Assembly: GCA_011322445.1 (NCBI GenBank)
Contig: DRMV01000033.1
Coordinates: 97,560 to 161,559 of the forward strand
DNA: 64,000 nucleotides
Source: Chloroflexota bacterium
Lineage (GTDB): Bacteria > Chloroflexota > Anaerolineae > Anaerolineales > DRMV01
Direction: 5' to 3'
Under the pieces are notes generated by a model, which saw only the letters and a program-made list of their open reading frames with translations, made no database searches and had not been told where the DNA came from. The translations under genes were made by a program, and so were the position numbers. Positions 39,334-50,456 of this stretch are shown here, piece by piece. Within the stretch, counting starts at the first letter, position 1. The number at the start of each line of letters is the position of its first letter.

Positions 39334-40392
39334 ATGCGCCTTCGCGCTCCCGTCCCGCCTCTCATTCGCCTGCTCTTCGCACTGGCAGCCCTGGCCATCG
39401 GGGGAATGCTGCTCCTCGGGGGCTGCAGGCTGCCCGGGTTTTCACCAGCGGGCCGCGCCACGGCATGGCCCATGACAGCCACCTGGACCCCCTTCGCCCC
39501 TCTTCCGCCCACAGCCACCTATTTACCCACCAGCACCCCCACACCCACCCCCACCCCTACGCCACCCCCTCCCCCCACCCCGCGGCCCACACCCCCCCCC
39601 AAAGGCTACCTCGGCCAACCCGTGCCGCCGCTGCCCCAGGCCCAAGGGCGCATCAACATCATGCTGCTGGGGTCTGATCGACGCCCCGACCACGTCGACT
39701 TCCGCACCGACGCTTTCATGCTGCTTTCCTACAACCCCAAAACCGGGGCCACCAGTATCATTTCCTTCCCGCGCGACACCTTTGTGTATCTTCCCGGCGT
39801 GGGCTACAACCGCATCAACACAGCGATGGAATTCGGCGGCTTCCCGCTGGTGCAGCGCACGCTGGAATACAACTTCGGCATCCGGCCTTCCCACTACATT
39901 CTGGTTGAATTTCGAGGCTTTGCTACCCTCATCGACCAGTTGGGGGGTGTTGACGTCGTCGTGCCCCACCAGTTATGCGACCGCCGCACCCATTACGGCG
40001 ACCACTATTGCGTCGGGCCGGGCACGGTTCACATGGATGGCAGCCTGGCCCTGTGGTATGCGCGCTCGCGCATCACCACCAGCGATTTCGACCGTGCCCA
40101 TCGCCAGCAGGCGCTGATTGTGGCCGTCATCCACAAACTGCTTTCCCTCAACGCCCTCGGCCAGGCGCCTTCCCTTTATCGCACTTACCGCCAAAGCGTG
40201 GAAACCGACATCAGCCTGGCGGCCTTCCTGAAAATGGTGGCCCAGGCGCGCCGTTTCCGCAGCGACGCCATCCGCGCCTACGTCATCCAGCCGCCCGCGC
40301 TGCAGCCGTGGATTACACCTCAGGGGGCTTATGTGCTGCTTCCACACCACGACGCCGTGCGCAGCATTTTAGAAACCGCACTCTCGCGGTAA
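39334..40392 (+). CDS. LCP (LytR-CpsA-Psr) family protein
   Basis: INIMLLGSD, RTDAFML, SFPRD, RINTA, YARSR, SDFDRAHRQQ. Confidence 0.93.
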   Translation: MRLRAPVPPLIRLLFALAALAIGGMLLLGGCRLPGFSPAGRATAWPMTATWTPFAPLPPTATYLPTSTPTPTPTPTPPPPPTPRPTPPPKGYLGQPVPPLPQAQGRINIMLLGSDRRPDHVDFRTDAFMLLSYNPKTGATSIISFPRDTFVYLPGVGYNRINTAMEFGGFPLVQRTLEYNFGIRPSHYILVEFRGFATLIDQLGGVDVVVPHQLCDRRTHYGDHYCVGPGTVHMDGSLALWYARSRITTSDFDRAHRQQALIVAVIHKLLSLNALGQAPSLYRTYRQSVETDISLAAFLKMVAQARRFRSDAIRAYVIQPPALQPWITPQGAYVLLPHHDAVRSILETALSR

Positions 40393-40457
40393 AATGCTCA
40401 CGCCACGCGTCACCACGACGCGCCCATTCGACACCCCCAACGACGCGACTTTTCCCC

Positions 40458-43400
40458 ATGCCTCAACGTCTCAAATCGTTAGAACTCCAGGGCTACAAAA
40501 CCTTTGCCAACCGCACCCGCTTTGAGTTTGGGCCACGGATTACGGCCATTGTAGGCCCCAACGGCTCCGGCAAATCCAACATTGCCGACGCCTTACGCTG
40601 GGTGTTGGGCGAGCAATCTTACGCGCTGCTGCGCGCCCATAAAACCGAAGACATGATTTTCGCCGGTTCGGCGCAGCGGCCCCGTGCGGGCATGGCCACC
40701 GCCACCGTCACCTTCGACAACGAAGACCACTGGCTGCCCATCGACTACACCGAAGTCGCCCTCACCCGCCGCGCGGCCCGCGACGGGCAGAACGTCTACC
40801 TGCTCAACGGGCAGCGGGTACGCCTGCGCGACCTGCGAGAACTTCTCGGCCATGCCGGGCTGAGCGAGCACACCTACACCTTCATCGGCCAAGGGCTGGT
40901 CGATGCCGCGCTGGCCCTGCGCCCCGACGAGCGCCGCCAAATGCTGGAAGGCGCCGCTGGCATCGGCGTTTACCGACAGCGCCGCGAAGAAACCTTGCGC
41001 CGCCTCGACACCACCCAACGCAACCTCGAGCGGGTGCAAGACATTCTGGCCGAACTGGAACCCCGCCTGCGCCGGCTGGAACGCCAGGCGCGCCGTTCGC
41101 GTGAAGCCGCCCAACTGCAAGCCGACCTGGAACTCATGCTGCGGGAATGGTACGGCTACCACTGGCACGCCGCCCAGCAGCGCCTGCACGAAGCCCGTCG
41201 CGTGGCCGTCCGCCAGGAAGCCCAGCGGCAGGAAGCCCTCAACCGCCAGCAGGCCAGCGCCCGCCAGATCGCCCGCCTGCGAGAAGAAATAACTGCCCAG
41301 CGGGAACGCCTGAACGCGCTGCACCGCGAACTGGCAGCCCACCACCGTCAGATGGAAACCCTGGCTCGCGAGGCCGCCGTGCTGGAAGAGCGCCGCCGCG
41401 CTTTGCAAACCCGTCGCGACGAATGGCTCTCTGAAGCCGAAGCCCTCGAAGCCCAAATTCGCGACCAGCAAACCCGCACCGCCGAAGCCGAAGCCGAGAT
41501 CGCCCGACTGAAAGAACATCACACCCAGGCGCTGCAACAACGCGAGCAAGCCCGGCTCGCACTGGAAGACCTGCTCAAACGCCGCCGGGAAGCCCGCCGC
41601 GCCCTGGAAAAAGCGCAGCAAGCCCTCGAAGCCCTGACCCGCAAACAAGCCGCCCTCGAAGCCCGCCTTGACGATCTCACTCGCCGGCGCGAGCGCCTGC
41701 AGGTCGCCTACGCCCAGGCCCAACGGCAAACCGAAGCCCTGCAAACCGCCTTCCAGAAAGCCCAACACGCCCTGAGCGAGGCTACCCACGCGCGCGAAGC
41801 CGCCGAAGCCCGCCGCGCCGCGGCCCAGGCCGCCCTCGAAGAAGCCCTCCAGGCCCAACGTACCGCCGAAGCCGAGGCCCGCGAAGCCCGCCGCGCCTAC
41901 GACCGCCTGCAAGCCGACCTGGCCGCCCTGCAAGCCAAAGCCCGCGTCCTCGCCGAAGCCGAAACCAACCTCACCGGCTACGCCGAAGGCACCCGCTGGC
42001 TGGTCGCAGAGGGCCGCAAAAAGCGCCTGCCCCTCAAAGGTGCCCTCGGGCAGCACCTGCAAGTACCTGCCGAACTCGAAACGGCCATCGCCGCAGCCCT
42101 GGATCGCTTTACCGAAGCCGTGCTGCTGGAAAGCGGCCTCGATGCCACCCCCCTCGACCTCAGCCGAGATGCCCCTGCCCGTACGGTGCTGCTGCCTTTA
42201 CACGCGCTGCGCCCCGCGACCCCCCTCCAGGCGCCCGACGACCCCGACATTCTCGGCATCGCCTCTCGGCACGTGCGGGCCGAAGAAGCCTTCCGCCCGG
42301 CCGTAGAAGCCCTGCTGGGGCGCGTGCTCCTTGCCCGCAACCGCGAAGCCGCCTTGCGCGCCTTGCCCCACCTGCCACCCGACGCGTGGGTCGTGACCCT
42401 CGAGGGGGAAGCCTTTTCACCGCAGGGCATCGTGAGCACCGGGAAACCCACCCGCGGCGCGGCCCTGCGGCGCACACGCGAGCGCCGCGAAATTGCCGCC
42501 CGGCTGGAAACCCTGCAAGCCCGCGCCGAGCGCCAGGCTGCCGCGCTGGAAAGCGCCGAAAAAGCCGCTGCCCAGGCGCGCACCAACGCACAAACCGCCG
42601 CCGAAAACCTTTCCCAGGCCCAGCAAGAAGAGCGCGCCGCTGCCCAGGCCGAGCGCCGCGCCCAGCAAGAGGCCCAAAAAGCCCAGCGGGCGCTGGAAGT
42701 GCACCAGAACGAACTGCAACGACGGCAAGCCGAACTCGAAGCACTGGAAAAAGAAGCCGCCGAGTTACAGCACCAACGCCAAACCCTGGAAACCGACTTC
42801 CAGGCAGCGCGCCAAACCCTGCGCGACCGGCGCCGCGCCCTCCAGACCCTCGACACCAGCGAAGCCAACGCCCAGGAAGCCCACTGGAGCACCCAGGTTG
42901 CCCTGGCCGCCCAGGCCCTGGAAGCCGCCCGCCGACGCCTGAAAGAGCAGCAACGCGCTCTGGAAACCTTGCAACAGCGGCGACAAGCGCGCCAAAAACG
43001 GCTGGCAGAAGCCGCCGAGCAAATTGCCGCCTTCGAAGCCGAACACACCCGACAACAGGCTGAAATCCAGCGGCTCGAAGCCGAAATCGCGCGGCTCAAT
43101 GCCCAAATTTCGCCCCTGCAAGAAACGCTGCAAGCCGCACAACAACGCCTCGACGCCCTTGAAGCCGAAGCCGAGCGCCTTGCCCAGGCCGTCCACATCG
43201 CCGAGCGCCACCACACCCAGGCGCAACTGGCGCTGACCCGCGCCCAGGAAGCCCTCGACAACCTCCGCCGGCGCATGGAAGAAGACCTCGGCCCCGTAGC
43301 ACTGGAATACCAGCCCCACGTGGCCGGTCCCCAACCCCTGCCCCTGGAAGGCATGGTTGCCCATCTGCCGCGAGTGGCTTCCCTACCCGAAGGGTTAGAG

Positions 43401-44057
43401 CAACGCATCAAAGAGCGCCGCGCTCAACTGCGCAGGCTGGGGCCGGTCAACCCTGAAGCCGAACAGGAATATCAGGAGGTGAAGGAACGCTACGACTTCC
43501 TCACCACCCAGTTGGAAGACTTGCACAAAGCCGAAGCCGACATCCGGCAGGTGATTGCCGAACTGGAAAAACTGATGGAAGAGGCCTTCCGCAAGACCTA
43601 CGCCGTGGTCAACCGGGAGTTCAGCGCCATCTTCACCCGCCTGTTCGGAGGCGGCAGCGCCCACCTGGTGCTTACCGAAGCCGAAGACATCACCCGCACC
43701 GGTGTGGAAATCGAAGCCCGCCTGCCGGGCAAGCGCACCCAGCGCCTCGCCATGCTTTCCGGCGGCGAGCGCAGCCTGACCGCCGTGGCGCTCATCTTCG
43801 CCTTGCTGAAAGCCTCCCCCACCCCATTCTGCGTGCTCGACGAAGTGGACGCCATGTTAGACGAAGCCAACGTCGGCCGCTTCCGCGACCTGCTGGAAGA
43901 GCTCAGCGCACACACCCAATTCATCATCATTACCCACAACCGCAACACCGTGCAAGCCGCCGAGGTGATTTACGGCATCACCCTTGCCGCCGATGCCACC
44001 TCGCAGGTGATGAGCCTGAAACTGGACGAAGTTGCCAAAATGAAAGGGCTGCGGTAA
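40458..44057 (+). CDS. smc: Chromosome segregation protein SMC
   Basis: [17 protein letters not shown], coiled coils, hinge, [18 protein letters not shown]. Confidence 0.97.
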   Translation: MPQRLKSLELQGYKTFANRTRFEFGPRITAIVGPNGSGKSNIADALRWVLGEQSYALLRAHKTEDMIFAGSAQRPRAGMATATVTFDNEDHWLPIDYTEVALTRRAARDGQNVYLLNGQRVRLRDLRELLGHAGLSEHTYTFIGQGLVDAALALRPDERRQMLEGAAGIGVYRQRREETLRRLDTTQRNLERVQDILAELEPRLRRLERQARRSREAAQLQADLELMLREWYGYHWHAAQQRLHEARRVAVRQEAQRQEALNRQQASARQIARLREEITAQRERLNALHRELAAHHRQMETLAREAAVLEERRRALQTRRDEWLSEAEALEAQIRDQQTRTAEAEAEIARLKEHHTQALQQREQARLALEDLLKRRREARRALEKAQQALEALTRKQAALEARLDDLTRRRERLQVAYAQAQRQTEALQTAFQKAQHALSEATHAREAAEARRAAAQAALEEALQAQRTAEAEAREARRAYDRLQADLAALQAKARVLAEAETNLTGYAEGTRWLVAEGRKKRLPLKGALGQHLQVPAELETAIAAALDRFTEAVLLESGLDATPLDLSRDAPARTVLLPLHALRPATPLQAPDDPDILGIASRHVRAEEAFRPAVEALLGRVLLARNREAALRALPHLPPDAWVVTLEGEAFSPQGIVSTGKPTRGAALRRTRERREIAARLETLQARAERQAAALESAEKAAAQARTNAQTAAENLSQAQQEERAAAQAERRAQQEAQKAQRALEVHQNELQRRQAELEALEKEAAELQHQRQTLETDFQAARQTLRDRRRALQTLDTSEANAQEAHWSTQVALAAQALEAARRRLKEQQRALETLQQRRQARQKRLAEAAEQIAAFEAEHTRQQAEIQRLEAEIARLNAQISPLQETLQAAQQRLDALEAEAERLAQAVHIAERHHTQAQLALTRAQEALDNLRRRMEEDLGPVALEYQPHVAGPQPLPLEGMVAHLPRVASLPEGLEQRIKERRAQLRRLGPVNPEAEQEYQEVKERYDFLTTQLEDLHKAEADIRQVIAELEKLMEEAFRKTYAVVNREFSAIFTRLFGGGSAHLVLTEAEDITRTGVEIEARLPGKRTQRLAMLSGGERSLTAVALIFALLKASPTPFCVLDEVDAMLDEANVGRFRDLLEELSAHTQFIIITHNRNTVQAAEVIYGITLAADATSQVMSLKLDEVAKMKGLR

Positions 44058-44073
44058 ATACCGCCCCTGCTGG

Positions 44074-44079
44074 TATAAT
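44074..44079 (+). promoter_or_regulatory. Extended -10 box, likely leaderless ftsY transcript
   Basis: TG-G-TATAAT 7 nt before ATG 44087, no SD. Confidence 0.6.
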
Positions 44080-44086
44080 CTGCCCC

Positions 44087-45001
44087 ATGAGCAACAACAT
44101 CTTTGCCAAATGGAAACAGGGGTTAGCCCGCACGCGCAAAACCGCCTTCGGGCGCATTGCCACGCTGTTGGGCGCAACCGAAATCACCGAAGAAACCTGG
44201 GACGAACTGGAAGCCCTGCTCATCCAGGCCGACCTGGGCGTAGAAACCGCGCTGGAAGTGGTTGAAGCCCTGCGGGAAATCACGGCTCGCGAGGCGCTGG
44301 TGCGCAGCGACGAACTGGAAGAAACCCTGCATACCGAACTGCGCCGCCGCCTGCAAACGCCCCCCACCCTCACGTGGGAAAACCAGCCCAGCGTCGTCCT
44401 GCTGGTCGGCGTCAACGGCTCGGGCAAAACCACCACCGCGGCCAAACTGGCGTGGCGCTACACGCGCGAAGGCAAAAGTGTGATGCTCGCCGCTGCCGAC
44501 ACCTTTCGCGCCGCTGCTATTGACCAGTTGAAGACCTGGGGCGAGCGGCTCAACGTGCCGGTCATCGCGGGGCAACCCGGGGGTGATCCCGGCGCCATCA
44601 CCTACGATGCCGTGCAGGCCGCCCGCGCTCGCAACACCGACATCCTCTTTGTCGATACCGCTGGACGCCTGCACACCCGCTTCAACCTGATGGAAGAACT
44701 CAAAAAAGTACGCCGTGTGGCCCACAAAGCCCTGCCCGGCGCACCGCATCATGTCTGGCTGGTGATGGATGCCACCACCGGCCAAAACGCCCTCCAGCAG
44801 GCCAAAGCCTTCAAAGAAGCTGTCGGTGTCACCGGCGTCGTGCTGGCCAAACTGGATTCGTCGGCAAAAGGCGGCATGGCTTTTGCCATCCAGCGCGAAC
44901 TGGGGCTGCCTATTCTGTTTGCGGGGCTGGGTGAAAAGCCCGAAGACCTTGCCCCCTTTGACCCTGAAGCCTTTGTGGCCGGTATCCTTAACGCCGAGTA
45001 G
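44087..45001 (+). CDS. ftsY: SRP receptor FtsY (NG domain only)
   Basis: [31 protein letters not shown]. Confidence 0.97.
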   Translation: MSNNIFAKWKQGLARTRKTAFGRIATLLGATEITEETWDELEALLIQADLGVETALEVVEALREITAREALVRSDELEETLHTELRRRLQTPPTLTWENQPSVVLLVGVNGSGKTTTAAKLAWRYTREGKSVMLAAADTFRAAAIDQLKTWGERLNVPVIAGQPGGDPGAITYDAVQAARARNTDILFVDTAGRLHTRFNLMEELKKVRRVAHKALPGAPHHVWLVMDATTGQNALQQAKAFKEAVGVTGVVLAKLDSSAKGGMAFAIQRELGLPILFAGLGEKPEDLAPFDPEAFVAGILNAE

Positions 45002-45091
45002 GCTCCAGCCCCACGCGCCCATCGCGAGGGCTTTGCCCCTTTCAGGGCCCCACGCCTTGCTTCGCTTTTATTTTCTTTCAGGACAGACCTC

Positions 45092-47524
45092 ATGAACACC
45101 CCTAACCTGCTGCAACGAATGGGCAATGCCATTGTTCGTTTCGTGAACCGTCTGGCCACACCCTCACCCCATCTGAGCGATCCGGAAGACCGTCTGCGCG
45201 CCCGCACCCTCGCCTTCACCAGCATCGGCACGTTGGTCGTCATCATCCTGCCAGCCATCCTTCGTGTCACCCTTTGGAACACCCCTCAACCTATTCGCTG
45301 GTATGTCTATTTCACCACGCTGGCTGTGCTGGCGGCCTATTCCCTCAGCCGCACACGCCGTTACCGGTGGGGGCTATACCTGACTGTTCTCACCTACAGT
45401 CTTGGCTCCGTCGTCATCAGCCTGAGCACCCCCGACCTCTCCGAAAGCACCTACGTGCTCACAGCAGCATGGAACCTGGGCGCTATCATCATCGCGGGTT
45501 TGTTGCTTTCCCGACGGCAGTTCCTGCGCGTCATCGCCGTCAACGTCTTCCTGCTGAGCATTCCCAGTCTGGCCGGGCGGGCGCCATGGGGCTGGTACGG
45601 CGATATGACCCTGGTCTTTCTGGCCGAAGCCGCTCTCCTCTTCGGCATTGCCGGTGCAAGCCAGCGGCACGCCCACGAGATGGCAAAAAGCGAGCAGCGT
45701 TTTCGAGAGCTCCTCAACAGCACCCTGGAAGCCCTGGTCATCCACGATGGTGTCCACATTCTGGCCGTCAACCCGGCCTTCGAAAGGATGTTCCGCTGCC
45801 CCGAGGAACAAGCCGTTGGCCGCGTCCCAATGGAATTCGTCGCCCCCGAAGCCCGCGATGCAGCCTGGGAAGCCTTCCTGAAAAACTTCGACAAACCCAA
45901 TGCCATCATTCGCTCCACGGCATTGCGTTGCGATGGCACCCGCTTCGAAGCCGAAGCCAGCCTTGGTATGGTTACCTACGAAAGGCAAAGCGTCCTGGCT
46001 TTGAGCGTGCGCGACGTCTCCCGGCGTGTAGCCGCCGAAGCCGAACTGCGCAAACTTTCCCGAGCGCTGGAACAAAGCGCCCATGGGGTGGTCATCACCA
46101 ATCCGCAAGGGGTGATCGAGTACGTCAACCCGGCTTTCACCCAAATGACCGGCTACACCGCCAAAGAAGCCATCGGGCAAACGCCTCGCATCCTCAAGTC
46201 GGGCAAACACCCCACCGAGTTCTATGCCGAGCTGTGGGAAACCATCCGCAGCGGGGAAACATGGCAAGGCGAAGTCGTCAACCGTCGCAAAGACGGCACC
46301 CTCTACTGGGAATCCCAAACCATCACTCCTGTCTTCAACGAAGACGGCAAAATTACCCACTACGTCGCCATCAAGCAAGACATCACTAAACGCAAAGAAA
46401 ACGAAGAAAAAATCCGAAAACTGCAACGCGCCATCGAGCAAAGTGCCCACAGCGTGGTCATCACCGACCGCACCGGCACCATCGAATACGTCAACCCCGC
46501 GTTCACGCAAGTCACGGGTTACACCGCCGAAGAAGCCATCGGGCAAAATCCTCGCATTCTCAAGTCGGGCAAACACCCTCGCACCTTCTACCAACACCTC
46601 TGGAACACCATCCAGCGCGGCGAAATCTGGCACGGCGAGTTCATCAACCGCCGCAAAGACGGCAGCCTCTACTGGGAACGCGCCAGCATCTCCCCCGTCA
46701 AAGACGACGACGGCCACATCACCCACTTCGTAGCCGTCAAAGAAGACATTACCCAACAAAAAGAACTGGAAGCGGAACTCCAACGCGCTCGCGACGAAGC
46801 CCTGGAAGCCAACAGGCTCAAAACCCAATTGCTCGGCAACGTCAGCCACGACATGCGCACCCCTTTGGGCGGCATCCTCGGGTATAGCGAAATGCTGCTC
46901 GAAGGCGCCTTGGGCGAACTTTCCTCCGAGCAACGCAAAGCCATTCTTCACATCCTGCAAAGCACCCAGCAACTCATTGACTTTACCAACGACCTGCTCA
47001 ACCAGGCCGAACTGGAAAGCGGCCGCCTGCGCCTGCACATCACCAAATTCCCGCCGCACGAACTGCTCAAAACCATCTCGGCAACGCAATCGATTGCCGA
47101 AGCCAAGGGCGTGCACGTCCACATTGAAACCGACCCCAACCTTCCCGAAACCATCTACGGCGATCCCTATTGGCTGCGTCAAATCCTCGCCAACCTGTTG
47201 GGAAACGCGGTAAAATTTACAGAAGAGGGGCACATTTGGGTGCGGTTGCTGGGGCTGGAAGACGAGCACTGGGCCATCCAGGTCGAAGACACCGGCGTCG
47301 GCATTCCCCTCGAAGCCCAAAAACACATCTTTGAACCCTTCCGCCAGGTGGACGGGAGCCCCACGCGCCGTTACAAAGGCTCGGGCCTGGGGCTTTCCAT
47401 CGTGAAACAGTTGGTCGATCTCATGCACGGCGAAATTCGGCTGGAAAGCGAGCCCGGCAAAGGCAGCAAATTCACAGTCATCCTTCCCTGTCAGTCCACG
47501 CTCACCGAGGAGCAAGCCCCATGA
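45092..47524 (+). CDS. Membrane PAS x3 sensor histidine kinase
   Basis: TM N-terminus, three PAS/PAC repeats, SHDMRTPL, NLLGNAVKF, DTGVGI, GSGLGL. Confidence 0.95.
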   Translation: MNTPNLLQRMGNAIVRFVNRLATPSPHLSDPEDRLRARTLAFTSIGTLVVIILPAILRVTLWNTPQPIRWYVYFTTLAVLAAYSLSRTRRYRWGLYLTVLTYSLGSVVISLSTPDLSESTYVLTAAWNLGAIIIAGLLLSRRQFLRVIAVNVFLLSIPSLAGRAPWGWYGDMTLVFLAEAALLFGIAGASQRHAHEMAKSEQRFRELLNSTLEALVIHDGVHILAVNPAFERMFRCPEEQAVGRVPMEFVAPEARDAAWEAFLKNFDKPNAIIRSTALRCDGTRFEAEASLGMVTYERQSVLALSVRDVSRRVAAEAELRKLSRALEQSAHGVVITNPQGVIEYVNPAFTQMTGYTAKEAIGQTPRILKSGKHPTEFYAELWETIRSGETWQGEVVNRRKDGTLYWESQTITPVFNEDGKITHYVAIKQDITKRKENEEKIRKLQRAIEQSAHSVVITDRTGTIEYVNPAFTQVTGYTAEEAIGQNPRILKSGKHPRTFYQHLWNTIQRGEIWHGEFINRRKDGSLYWERASISPVKDDDGHITHFVAVKEDITQQKELEAELQRARDEALEANRLKTQLLGNVSHDMRTPLGGILGYSEMLLEGALGELSSEQRKAILHILQSTQQLIDFTNDLLNQAELESGRLRLHITKFPPHELLKTISATQSIAEAKGVHVHIETDPNLPETIYGDPYWLRQILANLLGNAVKFTEEGHIWVRLLGLEDEHWAIQVEDTGVGIPLEAQKHIFEPFRQVDGSPTRRYKGSGLGLSIVKQLVDLMHGEIRLESEPGKGSKFTVILPCQSTLTEEQAP

Positions 47525-47892
47525 GCATCCCCAAACCCCTTGCCCTTGTTGTTGAAGACGACCAAACCCAGGCCGAAATCTTCGTGACGGCGCTTTCCCA
47601 GGCCGGCTACGAGGTCACTCACATCGACAGTGGTCAGGCGGCCATAGACTACCTCAACGAGCACAGCCCGCTGCTGGTGCTGCTTGACCTCCACCTGCCC
47701 GAAGTAGCAGGCACTGCCATTCTGCAACACATCCGCCAGCGGAAGCACCTTGCCCACACGCGCGTCATGTTGGCTACCGCCGACCCGCGCCTGGCCGAAA
47801 CGGTGCGCGCCGACAGCGACCTGGTGCTCATCAAACCGGTCAGTTTTACCCAGTTGCGCGCGCTGGCTCACCGCATGCTCCCTACTGAATAA
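47521..47892 (+). CDS. Single-domain response regulator
   Basis: LVVEDD, LLDLHLP, LIKP; 4-nt overlap with the kinase gene. Confidence 0.93.
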   Translation: MSIPKPLALVVEDDQTQAEIFVTALSQAGYEVTHIDSGQAAIDYLNEHSPLLVLLDLHLPEVAGTAILQHIRQRKHLAHTRVMLATADPRLAETVRADSDLVLIKPVSFTQLRALAHRMLPTE

Positions 47893-47914
47893 TCCCCTTT
47901 CCCTCAAAAGGCTT

Positions 47915-49001
47915 ATGGACGATCTCACACAACGCCTCCACGCCCTGGAAACCCGCCTGCGCGACCTTCGGGGGCGTCTTTGACCTGGACGAAAAGCAAA
48001 GCCGCCTCGCAGCCGTAGAAGCCGAGGCCAGCGCCCCTGATCTGTGGGATAACCCCCAGCGCGCTCAGCGCCTCATGCGGGAAATGGCCGCCTTGCGCGA
48101 AGTGGTAGAAAGTTTCCGCAGCCTCGAAACCCGCATCGCCGACGCGCTGGAACTGGCTTCCTGGGGAGAAGACGACCTGCAAAGCGAACTGGAAGCCGAA
48201 GCCGAAGCGCTGGAAAAAGCCATTGGCGAAGCCGAACTACGCGCCATGCTCTCCGGCCCTTACGACCACAACAACGCCATCCTCGCCATTCATGCCGGGG
48301 CAGGCGGCACCGACGCTCACGACTGGGCCGAGATGCTCCAGCGCATGTACCTCCGCTGGGCGGAAAAACACGGCTATCAAACCGAAATCCTCGACTACAC
48401 CCCCGGCGAAGAGGCCGGCACCAAAAGCGTGACCATCGCGGTCAACGGCCCCAACGCTTACGGCTATTTGCACTCCGAAAGGGGAACTCACCGTCTCGTG
48501 CGGCTCTCCCCCTTCGATGCTGCCCACCGTCGCCACACCTCTTTCGCGCTGGTCGAAGTGCTGCCCCAGGTGGAAGACGACCTGGAGGTGGAAATCAACC
48601 CTAAAGACATCCGCATGGACACTTTCAAGGCTGCAGGGGCAGGCGGCCAAAACGTCCAGAAAAACGCCACCGCGGTACGCATCACCCACATTCCCACCGG
48701 CATCGTGGTTTCCTGCCAGAACGAGCGCTCACTCACCCAAAACAAAGAGAACGCCCTCAAAGTGCTCAAAGCCCGCCTGCTGGAAATCAAACAGCGGGAA
48801 CAGGCCGAAAAAATGGCCGCCATCAAGGGCGAATACCAGAAAGCCGAATGGGGCAGCCAGATCCGCTCATACGTGCTGCACCCCTACCAGATGGTGAAAG
48901 ACCACCGCACCGGCTACGAGGTCGGCAACACCCAGGCCGTGCTCGACGGCGACCTGGACGGCTTTATCGAAGCCTATCTCAAGCAGGCCAAAGGGGAATA
49001 A
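47915..49001 (+). CDS. prfB: Peptide chain release factor 2, programmed +1 frameshift at CTT-TGA-C (47978-47984)
   Basis: Short first frame ends CTT TGA C with GGGGG SD-like element; second frame has SPF and GGQ motifs. Confidence 0.96.
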
Positions 49002-49069
49002 CCACCCCTGCTCCTGCCCGGCCTCAGCCAGCAATCGGGCGGCGCCGCGTGCAGCGCCGCCCTTGACCG

Positions 49070-49843
49070 TTAAAAAGCCAGCGGGGAAAAATCGGTCTGC
49101 CGGTCGAAGACGTCCATCCCCTCGGCACGTTTCAGGCCGTTGGCCACCACATAGGTCAACGGCGTGGCCAGGGTTTCATAAGCCACCTTCACCAGCCACT
49201 GAGAAACCACCGCCTGCAACAGCCCGGCAGCCGGAATGATGCCGTAAAAGGCCAGGGTGATGAACGTCGCCGAATCCACGCCCTCCCCCACAATGGTGGA
49301 AGAAATCGTGCGCAGCCACAGCCAGCGCCCTTCGGTGCGTACTTTCAGTTTGGCCATCACGTAGGCGTTGAGAAATTCACCTACCAGGTAAGCCGCGAAG
49401 GAAGCCGCCAGCAGCCGCGGCGTGAAGCCAAACAGCGCCCGAAAAGCCGCGTCGGCGGCAGCCGCCGAGCCCAAACCGACGTTCCAGAACGGCGCGGCGG
49501 GCAAACGCGCCGCCACCCAGATGGCCCCCACCGCCAGCAGATTGGCCGCAAAGCCCGTCCAAATCATGCGCCGGGCTGCCGCATAGCCATACACTTCGGT
49601 CACCACATCGCCGAGGATGTAAGCCAGCGGGAAAAGCACCACCGCCGCGGGCAGCACCAGCCCCGCCACCAGCACCAGTTTCACCGCGATGATGTTCGAA
49701 ACCACCAGAATCACCGCGAACAGTCCCACCAACGCGGGATAATAGCGGGGCTGGCGTGGCGTCGTTTGGCCGTGCGCCGTCCCGCCTGCGGTGGCAGCGC
49801 CTTGCGAAAATCTCGCCTCGTGCCATCGGGTTTCAGGCACCAT
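49070..49843 (-). CDS. yhhQ: Queuosine precursor transporter (YhhQ/VUT family)
   Basis: SNIIAVK, FPLAYILGDVVTEVYG, ASFAAYLVGE..N, RTISSTIVGE..DS; start approximate. Confidence 0.92.
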   Translation of the reverse strand: MVPETRWHEARFSQGAATAGGTAHGQTTPRQPRYYPALVGLFAVILVVSNIIAVKLVLVAGLVLPAAVVLFPLAYILGDVVTEVYGYAAARRMIWTGFAANLLAVGAIWVAARLPAAPFWNVGLGSAAAADAAFRALFGFTPRLLAASFAAYLVGEFLNAYVMAKLKVRTEGRWLWLRTISSTIVGEGVDSATFITLAFYGIIPAAGLLQAVVSQWLVKVAYETLATPLTYVVANGLKRAEGMDVFDRQTDFSPLAF

Positions 49844-49861
49844 CTTTCTCCTCATTGGGGG

Positions 49862-49945
49862 CTTTGAGCGTACGGCGACGAGTCGCCTGTCCTGAGTGCA
49901 TCGAAGAGCCGCTTTCCAAAGCGGTGCCGAGGCACCGCATTCCCA
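49862..49945. repeat. REP-like composite of three short hairpins between queF and yhhQ
   Basis: GGCGAC-GA-GTCGCC; CCGCTTT-CC-AAAGCGG; GCGGTGCC-GA-GGCACCGC. Confidence 0.6.
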
Positions 49946-49969
49946 AAAAACAGCCCCACCGCGGCCTGC

Positions 49970-50407
49970 CTAAAACCTTACCATCGCGGCGACGGCCTCT
50001 TTGGCTTCCGGCGTCTTGACGTGCTCGGCGCTCACGGTGATGGCGATGCCGCCGCGGATGTTGAACTCGCCCACCACGCGAATGTAATGCGGGTCGAGCA
50101 CATTCACCAGGTCGTCCAAAATCGTGTTCACCACATGCTCGTGGAACACGCCTTCGTTGCGGTACGACCAGAGGTAAAGTTTGTACGACTTGGATTCCAC
50201 GATTTTCTGGTCGGGCACGTAGGCCACCCGGATGGTGGCAAAATCGGGCTGGCCGGTGACCGGGCACAGGCAGGTGAACTCGCTGGTTTCCAGCGTCACC
50301 AGGTAATAGCGCCCCGGTGTGCGGTTGGGGAAAGCCTCCAGTTTCTTGCTCGGCTGGGCTTTGCGCCCCAGCAGGGTAATATCCTTCAAATCTTCAGGCT
50401 GTGTCAT
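49970..50407 (-). CDS. queF: NADPH-dependent preQ0 reductase (unimodular QueF)
   Basis: EFTCLCPVTGQPDFA, VESKSYKLYLWS, FHE, RGGI. Confidence 0.95.
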   Translation of the reverse strand: MTQPEDLKDITLLGRKAQPSKKLEAFPNRTPGRYYLVTLETSEFTCLCPVTGQPDFATIRVAYVPDQKIVESKSYKLYLWSYRNEGVFHEHVVNTILDDLVNVLDPHYIRVVGEFNIRGGIAITVSAEHVKTPEAKEAVAAMVRF

Positions 50408-50428
50408 CGGCATGATTCATCCTCCTGA

Positions 50429-50456
50429 CTCGCAACTCGCCATTCGCTATTCGCCC
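50429..50456. repeat. 7-mer array (CTCGCAA CTCGCCA TTCGCTA TTCGCCC)
   Basis: Period 7; contains the ttuA stop (50447-50449). Confidence 0.65.

Noticed and set aside
38990-39600. ACNCCN-rich repeats as a DNA repeat element
   Set aside because: Explained by Pro/Thr linkers of the LysM and LCP proteins
46050-46760. Internal ~370-bp near-duplication as a DGR template/variable repeat pair
   Set aside because: Tandem PAS domains with mostly synonymous differences, not adenine-specific; no reverse transcriptase
49856-49969. preQ1-I riboswitch before yhhQ
   Set aside because: Lacks the GGUUC loop and the 3' A-rich tail of class I
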